64,000 nucleotides of DNA, from the NCBI GenBank assembly GCA_965263355.1, contig CBDHHL010000032.1, positions 2,528,001 to 2,592,000 on the forward strand, read 5' to 3'. This document shows, one piece after another, positions 1-8,876 of the stretch. The translations under genes and the position numbers were made by a program. Source of the stretch: Leptolyngbyaceae cyanobacterium (lineage in GTDB: Bacteria; Cyanobacteriota; Cyanobacteriia; Phormidesmidales; Phormidesmidaceae). The notes beneath the pieces are model-generated. The model saw nothing but the letters and a program-made list of their open reading frames with translations. It had not been told where the DNA came from and ran no database searches. Each line of letters begins with the position of its first letter. Position 1 is the stretch's first letter.

Positions 1-141
1 AATCACTTGCATATTTTCATCTCTTCCTACTTGCCCTGCAATATATAAGATATCTCCCACCTTTATTCCAGGACAATAGCGATATTTTTCGTACAGGATT
101 TCCATGCCTTCAGGAATTATAATCTCGCGCTTAATACCCAT
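1..141 (-). CDS. RidA/YjgF family protein, N-terminal part (runs off the window)
   Basis: Own translation of the minus strand from ATG at 141: MGIKREIIIPEGMEILYEKYRYCPGIKVGDILYIAGQVGRDENMQVI, with the RidA-type Y..G.KVGD.LY.AGQVG pattern; GAGG RBS upstream. Confidence 0.7.
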   Translation of the reverse strand, partial: MGIKREIIIPEGMEILYEKYRYCPGIKVGDILYIAGQVGRDENMQVI

Positions 142-259
142 ACCAAAATCCTCACAATGATCTCTAATGATTGAATTGTAATAATTAAATTTATTATAAG
201 CGGTGCCTTGGGAAACAATTTTGAAAACACGGCACAGCAGATTCTCAACCCTAAAAAAT

Positions 260-544
260 ATGGCAAGAATGCACATTGAGTTTATTCAATCACAGGCTAT
301 TCAACCCCAATCCTGGGAGATAAAGGGATTGCCTACCGGTGCCAGCACACGCATTCTCAGCATCGATCTTGAAACCGGAGACTGTAGCGAATTGGTTAAC
401 TGGGACAAAGGCTGGGAGATTGATTCCGGTTACTTTACCTGTGACATAGAGATTTTTGTTCTCAGTGGTCAGATACAAATTGGTCAATTTTGTCTGAGGT
501 CCTATACCTATGGCTTTTTTCCAACTGGCATTGGTTCCGTGTAA
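260..544 (+). pseudogene. truncated cupin-like (DUF4437-like) protein
   Basis: MARMHIEFIQSQ...RILSID.ETG..EIFVLSG cupin-like N-terminus; only 94 aa; the stop lies inside a MITE/IS-end-like sequence CATTGGTTCCGTGTAA. Confidence 0.5.
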
Positions 545-630
545 GGTACCTCAGGACTCGCTACCAGAATCAGGTCACGACTAGCATGACTTTTTTGCCT
601 CGCTTTGCGTAAGTCGTATTGATAAAACTG

Positions 631-3252
631 TTATAGCCAGTTGCCTAATAGGATATAGGGTGACCAGTAAATGGGGTGACGATATAGAGGATCTTGCAAT
701 AGTTTTAATTGTGCTTGTCTTAAGGCTTCTGCTCTGGTGACATCAGAATCTATCAAGGCTTTATAGAAATGGCCAATCAGTTTTGCCGTGGCCTCATCAT
801 TAACAGACCACAATGTCGCTAATGTGCTGCGAGCACCCGCCCTGACAGCGGTGCCGGCTATACCAAGAGCGGCTTTCTTATCGCCTTTAGCGGTTTCACA
901 GGCACTGAGCACCAATAATTCAATGGCGGTGTCACCATTAAGTGCATTAGTTTGGAGTGCCTGATCTAATTCGGTGACATTAATGCGATTGTCCCAGGAC
1001 AGAATAAAGGTATCCTTTGCAGCAGAGCTAAATTGACCATGGGTGGCAATATGGACGATGGGGAAACTGGAGGATTGCAGTTCTTTCTTTAAGGAATCAC
1101 GGGTAAATGCTTGATTCAAGAGCACTTCTCCTTGAGGAATGGTTGCTCGGATGGCATCCATTTCTGATGCCACATGACCTAGGGGTGCAAAGCCCTGGCG
1201 TCCCTCAGTTAGACCTGCTGCCAAAATCTGGATATGCTCTCTGGGAATAGGTTGGGGAGAGATCAGTTTGAGCCCCGGTGTAAGAGCAACGTTATAGTCT
1301 TCGATTAAAAAGTGTTCTCCATCATGCAATGCTCCCATAGGGACTACCTGAAGGGGTTTGTCGGGAACAAAAACAAGGGTGCTTACACCGCTGTTTTTTA
1401 GATCCATCGCAACAGGACGAATTAGCCAATCGTAGAGCTGTTGAGATGGAGCCAGATAATTTCGTCGACTGCGAATTACTAAAGTTTCTCGTAATTGTTG
1501 TGTGAGGGACTCGATCTCAGCTTTAGAAACTGGTGTGGAATAACTATATAATGGACGGTTAGGTAACCGTAAAATGACCTCTAATCGATCTTCCAGAAGA
1601 ATTGGATAAAAAATTGCTGCTTGCGAATCAATTTTATCAATTTGGATAGGCTGTACATCCATGCAAGCTTCCTTAAAGAAGTCATCTAACTCTGCTAGCT
1701 GAAGAGATTCAATAACATCACGTGCCTTTTCCAGATCGTTTTCGTTAATAGGCTGGCCAGGTTCAGACTGGAGTAAAAGATCAACCAATCCTCGATAAAT
1801 GGGTTCGATACTTTCTTTGAACGAGAATTGTAAGTCAGAACTGGTGGCAACTAAATCACCCCGTAGAGTTTTGAGGATATTAACAGAATTAGTGTAAGAT
1901 GCGATCGCATCCTCTCGCATCCCCTGATGTTTCAAAATCCGTCCTAACTGCCATTGCCACCGATAAGCAATATCCGAGGCATTCAAAGTCTGAGCCAGGT
2001 TGAGCGCCTGTCGCGTTAAGTCAATTGCCTCATCCCACTGTTTAGCCTGTTCATACACATTCCCCAACTGTCCTAGGGCATAGGATTCGACCCGCTGGTC
2101 ATCAATTAACCGGGCTTGCTGAATAGCCTTAGCTGCTATCTGAGCAAGAGATGTCCAATCTGGAGCAGATGTGCCAGTATATTCTTGATACAACTTTGTA
2201 AGATTATGGACTAAGTTAACTTGTCCATAAATAGTGGTGTGGCTAATCGGCAAATCCTCTAATTGGCCCATGATAGTCTTGCCCAAAGATCTAGCCTGCT
2301 CTTCTTGCCCTGTCGTAACCCACAATCCTAATTGCGCTAGCTGGCTTCTCAGCTGTGTTTCTGGTGGCAGAGATAACTGGGCCGCTTGTTGATAGTATCC
2401 CTCAGCGGCAGTCAAATCTTGTTGAGCCTGAGCTGTTTTACCGAGACTAATCAGCGTTTCCCCTATTTCGTCAGGAAGTTGTAATGCTTGCGCAATGGTC
2501 AGACTTTGGCCCAAAGTCTGACGAGACTGTTCTAGTTGACCAACAACTCGTAGCAGGTTGCCCAGACGTCGCAGCGTAATGACATGTAGCTCGGACTCAG
2601 GTTGATTTGTCAAAGTGTCCCGTACACCAACCAGTCGATCAACTGCCCGTCGATAAAAACCTAAATCGTATAGTGCTTGGCTTTGGTTCAGTTGACTTTG
2701 AACCACACCCGTTACATTATCAATTTGCTGATAGATCTCTTCAGCCTGTTGCCAGTGGAGTAGAGCCTCTTCTGCTTGCCCCTGATTAAGCTGGAAATTA
2801 CCTTGATTTGTTAAAATCTGAGCATAGCTTGGTAGCTGTATTGTAGGTACATCCACTACATCCGGTAAGAGGTCCAGACTACTGCCCATGGCTTGAGATG
2901 CTTCCAATCCTTGGCCTATTTTTTGATAAGTTAGGGCTAAGTTACTGAGGATTCTTGCTTGCCCCCAAGTGTTGCGTTGCGTCTGATATAGTTGCAGTGC
3001 CTGTTGCCAGGTAGTAATGGCTGCCCTATATTGACCTGATGTATATAGATTGCTGCCGCATTCTTCTAATTGAAGCGCATCTACACATGGATGCTCAGTA
3101 GTTAGCGCAGTAGTCTGAATGCTGGTATGTTTCTCTGCCATACTTGCTGAGAATGCAGGGGCTTGATTAGACCAAATCCAGCAAATAGTAAATCCTAAGA
3201 CTACCCAAATGGGAAAAAATAACTGACGTCGGTACCGGTGATTAGGTCGCAT
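631..3252 (-). CDS. exported TPR-CHAT (caspase-HetF family) protease
   Basis: Signal-like N-terminus, TPR repeats, FVPD motif, catalytic HIATHG and LSACET, LATLWSV, C-terminal YWSPYILLGNWL. Confidence 0.93.
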   Translation of the reverse strand: MRPNHRYRRQLFFPIWVVLGFTICWIWSNQAPAFSASMAEKHTSIQTTALTTEHPCVDALQLEECGSNLYTSGQYRAAITTWQQALQLYQTQRNTWGQARILSNLALTYQKIGQGLEASQAMGSSLDLLPDVVDVPTIQLPSYAQILTNQGNFQLNQGQAEEALLHWQQAEEIYQQIDNVTGVVQSQLNQSQALYDLGFYRRAVDRLVGVRDTLTNQPESELHVITLRRLGNLLRVVGQLEQSRQTLGQSLTIAQALQLPDEIGETLISLGKTAQAQQDLTAAEGYYQQAAQLSLPPETQLRSQLAQLGLWVTTGQEEQARSLGKTIMGQLEDLPISHTTIYGQVNLVHNLTKLYQEYTGTSAPDWTSLAQIAAKAIQQARLIDDQRVESYALGQLGNVYEQAKQWDEAIDLTRQALNLAQTLNASDIAYRWQWQLGRILKHQGMREDAIASYTNSVNILKTLRGDLVATSSDLQFSFKESIEPIYRGLVDLLLQSEPGQPINENDLEKARDVIESLQLAELDDFFKEACMDVQPIQIDKIDSQAAIFYPILLEDRLEVILRLPNRPLYSYSTPVSKAEIESLTQQLRETLVIRSRRNYLAPSQQLYDWLIRPVAMDLKNSGVSTLVFVPDKPLQVVPMGALHDGEHFLIEDYNVALTPGLKLISPQPIPREHIQILAAGLTEGRQGFAPLGHVASEMDAIRATIPQGEVLLNQAFTRDSLKKELQSSSFPIVHIATHGQFSSAAKDTFILSWDNRINVTELDQALQTNALNGDTAIELLVLSACETAKGDKKAALGIAGTAVRAGARSTLATLWSVNDEATAKLIGHFYKALIDSDVTRAEALRQAQLKLLQDPLYRHPIYWSPYILLGNWL

Positions 3253-3328
3253 AGATCTGACATATAGGAATCGACGATTAGCGCAAAAATGAACAAAAAT
3301 GAAACTATAAAATTAGTAGCGGAGCATT

Positions 3329-5950
3329 CTAACTTGATTGACACCGAGGGTAAAACTGCTGAGAACTATTATGGGAATGATTAACAGCTTGAGATGTCAA
3401 AATAATCTCTCCCTCTAAACCTGTCATCCAGCCTTGAGCTTCAACCAGTTGAGATAACTCAGGAGATTGAGACTGCAACCCTGTTTCCAACATTGCAGGT
3501 GCTATGTGTTGAGTTTGCTCTAGAAGATGGTTGCTATAGCCCAAGTCGGTAAAAAGATGTCGCTCTTGAATAGCAGCTTCAGGGGTGAGCGGAAGCCCAC
3601 CTCGGCCTGTTATGGTGAATCTGCCTGTTGTTGCAGTATTGACTGTGCCACAGGATTCTCCCACCTGATTAGTAGCATCCGCTAAGCCTTCTGGTAAATT
3701 AGTTAACCCTTGATCCGGTTCAACATCGGGACGGTTAATAATTACTGTACCATCTGTTCCAAATTGGGAACTGGCATCAATATCATTGGTACCATTGCCT
3801 GTCATTGCAGGTCTCTCGGCCAAACCTAAAATACTGGATGCTGTAATTTGAATATTGCCGCCAGGACCATTAATAGCTCTAGCAAGAACGTCACTATCTT
3901 GTCCTGGTATCGCTATCAAAAATGGTGTATCAATAGTTATGTTGCCACCAGAGCCACCATCTCCAGCTTGGGCAGAAATCCGACCAGCTTCATACAGAAT
4001 AATGTCTTCAGCCGCATTTAGAGTAACGTTACCACCGTCAGTGGTTTGAGTGGAAGCCGTTATTTGAGCCCGAGAGATTAACCTAATTTGATCCGCAGTA
4101 ACATCAATTTCACCCGCTTGGCCATTTCCCTGACCAATGGCAAACAATCCTGATGTACGGGTGTCATTCCCGGTAATCTCCAGTCGATCCATATTGCGCA
4201 GTGTGATACTGCCTGCAGTGCCTGAGCCTAAGGCTGTTGAACCTATGACTGCACTATCCGCTAGCTTGAGCAGTCCAGCCTCTATGAGAATTTCACCTCC
4301 TTGACTGGTAGACAAATTACCAGTTACTTCACCTGGTTGCACCTGACTGATAATACCGCTGGACCCGTTTTCTGATTCTCCTGTCAGGATGACCACATCT
4401 GCCTGGACAGTAATTTGTCCACCATTTCCAGCATCACCAAAGGTGGTGGCTTGTATTTGGGAGCCATCTTGAACGGTTAACTGCCCTGTAGTTAGCCAAA
4501 TATTGCCGGCATTTCCCACATCAGAAGTGACAATACCAATACCTGGTGGAGCATTTGGATTCTGCAAAAATTCATTTGCAAGGGTTTTTAATGAGGATTC
4601 CTCTTGGAGGGATGTTTCAGTGGCAGCAGTTATGCGGAGATTACCTCCGTTTCCAGGACCATAGGTGTTGGCTACAATAATGGCATTATTCTGTAAACGT
4701 AGGGTTGTTGTTTCGATGCTCACATCTCCCCCTTGGCCAATTGCTCCAGCTCCTACCTCAGTACCTAGCCCGCTGGCATTCAGGGCAACAACATTGGCAT
4801 AGGATTGATTTTGTCCTTGAATGGTTACATTGCCACTATTACCTGGTCCCTGGGTTTCTGAGGAAAGAACTGATCCGTTAGTCATGGTTAGCTCATCGAC
4901 ACTGATATTCACATCAGAACCTTGAGCTAAGCTAGTTGTAATTCCTTGAATGGCAGAGTCAGTTAAGTTTAGTTGCGTAGCATTGAGATTCAGCTCTCCT
5001 CCCTCAAAAGAACCAAACGTGATGCCAAAAATTCCTGAACTGTCTAGGGTTACCTCATTACCATGTAGATTCACTTGACCGCCACCAGGGCCGCCCACAT
5101 CAATCAATGAACCCAGTATCTGGATATCCTGATGGGTATCAGCGGGAGCATAACTAAATTCAAAACCTTGGGGTGCTGTTGACAAGCTGATTTTGCTTTC
5201 TGGACTAACACTACCCAGGACAATATTGCCCCCTGGTGCTGTTAGATTCCCTCCTAGAAGATTGATGTCACCTCCGATTAGAGCCAGGGTATTAAACAGA
5301 TTGAACAGTCCTGCTGGAGCCCCTAATGTGTTGACAGCTGAAGCTGCTTGAGACTGGTTCACAATGGGAGCAGCTATGTTGCCAAACTGCAGGCCAACGG
5401 GAGTACTAACCGTTAGCTGTACTGGTTCTGTAGGTGCTCCGGCAATAAACTCATCACCATTGAGAAAATTGACGCGTTCAGCTGTGCTAGCAACAAAAGC
5501 ACCTCCATTAAGGCTCAGCTCAGCATTTGGGCCAAATGTGATCCCAGCGGGGTTAAGTAAAAAGAAGTTAGCGGCTCCTGGCCCTACAACAAGATTTCCT
5601 AAAATGTTTGAAGCCTGAGTTGGATCGCTGACCCGACTAAAGATATTGGTTGCACCGCCATCATTAAAGATGACGGCTACCCCCTCAGGAATACTAAACT
5701 CGCTGAAACTATGAAAAAGATTATTTCCAGCAACACTAGCCCCTGTAATAAAACATGTGGTAGTGCAGTCAGCGCTGCCGGCCAGTGTAGTTGCGGTCGA
5801 TCCATCGGCTACCACGCGTATTTGAGCATTGGCTGGCATGGTAGAAAGCAGGAACACTAATCCATTAACAAGCCATGGAGCAGTAGATAGCTGATTAGCT
5901 AATTTGGCAGTAGCACTAAGGAAATAGCGACGAAGATCTTGTATGGCCAT
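3329..5950 (-). CDS. filamentous haemagglutinin N-terminal (TPS) domain exoprotein, TpsA-like
   Basis: NLFHSFSEF, IFSRV and NPAGITFG TPS motifs; G/T-rich beta-helix repeats; C-terminal GRGG and EAQGW motifs. Confidence 0.92.
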   Translation of the reverse strand: MAIQDLRRYFLSATAKLANQLSTAPWLVNGLVFLLSTMPANAQIRVVADGSTATTLAGSADCTTTCFITGASVAGNNLFHSFSEFSIPEGVAVIFNDGGATNIFSRVSDPTQASNILGNLVVGPGAANFFLLNPAGITFGPNAELSLNGGAFVASTAERVNFLNGDEFIAGAPTEPVQLTVSTPVGLQFGNIAAPIVNQSQAASAVNTLGAPAGLFNLFNTLALIGGDINLLGGNLTAPGGNIVLGSVSPESKISLSTAPQGFEFSYAPADTHQDIQILGSLIDVGGPGGGQVNLHGNEVTLDSSGIFGITFGSFEGGELNLNATQLNLTDSAIQGITTSLAQGSDVNISVDELTMTNGSVLSSETQGPGNSGNVTIQGQNQSYANVVALNASGLGTEVGAGAIGQGGDVSIETTTLRLQNNAIIVANTYGPGNGGNLRITAATETSLQEESSLKTLANEFLQNPNAPPGIGIVTSDVGNAGNIWLTTGQLTVQDGSQIQATTFGDAGNGGQITVQADVVILTGESENGSSGIISQVQPGEVTGNLSTSQGGEILIEAGLLKLADSAVIGSTALGSGTAGSITLRNMDRLEITGNDTRTSGLFAIGQGNGQAGEIDVTADQIRLISRAQITASTQTTDGGNVTLNAAEDIILYEAGRISAQAGDGGSGGNITIDTPFLIAIPGQDSDVLARAINGPGGNIQITASSILGLAERPAMTGNGTNDIDASSQFGTDGTVIINRPDVEPDQGLTNLPEGLADATNQVGESCGTVNTATTGRFTITGRGGLPLTPEAAIQERHLFTDLGYSNHLLEQTQHIAPAMLETGLQSQSPELSQLVEAQGWMTGLEGEIILTSQAVNHSHNSSQQFYPRCQSS

Positions 5951-6773
5951 ATGAGTGCAAAGTCTCTACAGCAACTGAGATTGCCAAGGGAATGAAAAAA
6001 TTGTGCTCACGTTCAGGATAGTCGTTTTGCTTTAGAGGAAACTACGTTTGAATTTGGACGTGGTTTTAAACTTGGGGAGTTAATCAGCTTTTTTGCTTTT
6101 TTGTATTGCAAACATAACAGTTGAAAAACCAATACATTTCCAAGAATACCCACTTAAGATGCCTGAATATTTATTAGAAACACATATTTTTGTTATTGGC
6201 TAGAAAGTCCCTAGATAGGGCATTACAGGAATGCTGAAGTCTCAAATACGCCAAATTGATATATCAAAACACACTTAAAGGTTGATTGATAGAGATTCGA
6301 TAAATACTTTTCACACGGTTAAAGAGAAATGTAAGTAATTCGTATTTGGAGCGATATATACCGTCTGTGAATCTATGGAGCTTTAAAGCAATCGAAATTT
6401 TACTAATTTGGTAAATACACTGAAATTTATAGTCTACTTCATTAAAAGTTTAGAGAAAACCTTCTAAGAAATACGTATTTGTAACGAGGACAATACATCC
6501 TATCAATTTTTTTAAGTATGGCTGTTCAGTAGTCACACGTTTTTGCCCATAACTTAAGTCTACGTGCAAGCACGATGGTTCAGGCTTGGTATTGGTAGCA
6601 ATATATACGCAAAGCCACCTGTTGATAGAGCGCAAAGAGCTTTCGGCTCCACAAGTACTTAAGTAGACATCATCAGTACAACACCTACTAAAAAGCCGTA
6701 ATTCTTCTTTCTCACTGTTGGTTATTAATTCACTAAATAGTCTGTCGTTACTGATATCTACACAATCCCTGGC

Positions 6774-8030
6774 ATGTTTAATAAATCTCTCACTAAGGTA
6801 TTCCCTCTTCGGCTGCTGATTAGTACTCTAGCTACAGGTACTATGGCACTTGGTTTTCAGCAAAATGCTCAGGCTCTAACTTTCAATTTTAATTTCACTG
6901 AAGATACTCCTGCGATTTACGTCACCAGGGTGAATCAGATAGGAGATGTCTGGAGTAACTATATTCATGATGACGTAACTGTAAATATTAATGTTGAAGT
7001 CGGGGCGTTGCCCAGCGGCTATCTGGGTGGGGCTCGACCTAGTATGGTAAAGGTAAATTATGCTGATGTTGTCCAACAATTGGAGTTAGATCGGCTTTCA
7101 GATCAAGATCAAAGTGCGGTGGCAAATTTGCCCACTTATCAGTCTTCAGTAGGTGAAATTAGCATTGCTCGGACAATTAATCAGACAAGTGATGCCACTG
7201 GTCTTGTCCACACTGATACTAGTGCAACAAATCTTTGGCTTACACGAGCCAATGCTAAAGCACTGGGAATTGTATCTGGTAATGATACTACGGTAGATGC
7301 CGTTATCCGTTTGAGTGATCAGGTGGCTTGGGACTTCGATCCCAGGAATGATATTATGTCTGACCGATATGATTTTGCAGGAACTGTTTATCATGAGTTA
7401 ACTCATACCCTCGGATTTTTAAGTGGGGTTGACGTCCTAGACTACAATGCCAAAAATGGTATTTTTCTCTCTGATGATAGCTATGACTACATTACCAGCA
7501 TGGATCTATTTCGCTACTCTGAGATAGTTAAAGGTAGTGGAACAATTGACTGGACAGTCGATACGGACACCGAATACTTTTCGGTAGATGGTGGACAAAG
7601 TCAACTTGCAGAGTTTACTAATGGTTCTGCAGCATCTGCCAATGCTGACAATTATCAAGTTAGTCACTTTAGAGATGGCACCAACAGTGTTATGAGACCT
7701 ACTTTATCCAAAGGTGAGCGGTCTCTGCTGACAGGGCTTGATCTGCAGGTCATGGATGTCATTGGCTGGGATCGAGCAGCAGGTAGCCAAACTAACTATC
7801 AAAACTCTACCATTTCATATCGTTCTGATGGTGATAGCTTTGATGGAGCGCTGTCTTGGGGAGGGTGGAGTAATACTGGTTATAACTACAATTTCTGGCA
7901 GGAGGATGGATTCCTTGCATCTTCAACAGAGGAATCTTCTAATCACCAAGATGTTCCAGAACCGGGAATGCTGATGGGGGTGGGTGTGATCGCACTTCTC
8001 GGACTTAAATCTCTAAAAAAATGTTCATAG
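6774..8030 (+). CDS. PEP-CTERM-anchored zinc metalloprotease (NF038122-like)
   Basis: Signal peptide ending AQA, LTRANAKALG, HELTHTLGF zinc motif, MDLFRYS, C-terminal VPEP + hydrophobic helix + basic tail. Confidence 0.88.
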   Translation: MFNKSLTKVFPLRLLISTLATGTMALGFQQNAQALTFNFNFTEDTPAIYVTRVNQIGDVWSNYIHDDVTVNINVEVGALPSGYLGGARPSMVKVNYADVVQQLELDRLSDQDQSAVANLPTYQSSVGEISIARTINQTSDATGLVHTDTSATNLWLTRANAKALGIVSGNDTTVDAVIRLSDQVAWDFDPRNDIMSDRYDFAGTVYHELTHTLGFLSGVDVLDYNAKNGIFLSDDSYDYITSMDLFRYSEIVKGSGTIDWTVDTDTEYFSVDGGQSQLAEFTNGSAASANADNYQVSHFRDGTNSVMRPTLSKGERSLLTGLDLQVMDVIGWDRAAGSQTNYQNSTISYRSDGDSFDGALSWGGWSNTGYNYNFWQEDGFLASSTEESSNHQDVPEPGMLMGVGVIALLGLKSLKKCS

Positions 8031-8033
8031 TTT

Positions 8034-8876
8034 TTGACAATGTCAAAACTATTTTGCTCATTTAGTTCTTCATGGGGGAATAAAACTATGGCCAAGCGCT
8101 ATCAAAAATTATTAGCCATTAGCTTTGGCGGACTACTCTGCTTAAGTTTAGAGATAACGCCTAGCTTTGCAGGGACGCCAACACAATCAGATGTTCCTGT
8201 GCAGGGGCTGCCAGGGCGTCGTCTAGGTGGTGGTACCCGTAATCCTGATGGTGGTTATGTAGAGCAGATGCCGCTAGTGGCGCTGATTCCTGAAAACAAC
8301 TTAGGCATTACCACAGCAGCATTGCCAAAGTTTCTCTTTTACTTGCCAGCTGCCAGTGAGGTAAGAGATGTTGAATTCGTATTGTATGACGAAGCAGATA
8401 ACCTCATTTATGAAACAACAGTATCGGTTTCACCGATGGCGGGCATTTTTGGCGTGGATTTATCTTCAGCAGAAGGACTAGCTCCATTACAACTGGATAA
8501 AAACTACCATTGGTACTTTTCGATTATTGCCGATGATCGAGCCCAAGACATGTCTGTGGATGGGTGGACTCGTCGAGTTGAGTTGGCAACATGGGTTCAA
8601 GAACAGTCATTGAACTCTGATTTAGCCCTACGACTGAAATCAGCTACCCCATTAGAACAAGCACGATTGCTCCATCAAGAAGCTCAGCTATGGCATGATG
8701 CAGCCATAATTTTAGAAAACCTACAACAGACTGAGCCTGACAATCCATTAGTTGCTGAGGAATGGAATAATCTACTGCATGCAGTGAATCTGACAGAACT
8801 AGGCTCAGTATCGATGAATCGAGTCTCTATTGTTAGTTTAAGAGATGATGCTAATATTTCCAGCTTGATGGATTAG
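8034..8876 (+). CDS. DUF928 domain protein (true start probably downstream, at MAKRY)
   Basis: Signal-like segment, PGRRLGGGTR, P.FLFYLP, YHWYFSI, LWHDA motifs. Confidence 0.85.
   Translation: MTMSKLFCSFSSSWGNKTMAKRYQKLLAISFGGLLCLSLEITPSFAGTPTQSDVPVQGLPGRRLGGGTRNPDGGYVEQMPLVALIPENNLGITTAALPKFLFYLPAASEVRDVEFVLYDEADNLIYETTVSVSPMAGIFGVDLSSAEGLAPLQLDKNYHWYFSIIADDRAQDMSVDGWTRRVELATWVQEQSLNSDLALRLKSATPLEQARLLHQEAQLWHDAAIILENLQQTEPDNPLVAEEWNNLLHAVNLTELGSVSMNRVSIVSLRDDANISSLMD

Noticed and set aside
5951..6773. GCAGAT-N17-TGAGAY motif upstream of the first TpsA or the PEP-CTERM protease
   Set aside because: Only half-sites (for example GTCTCA at 6239) without a partner at 17 nt; these genes are not counted in the regulon.
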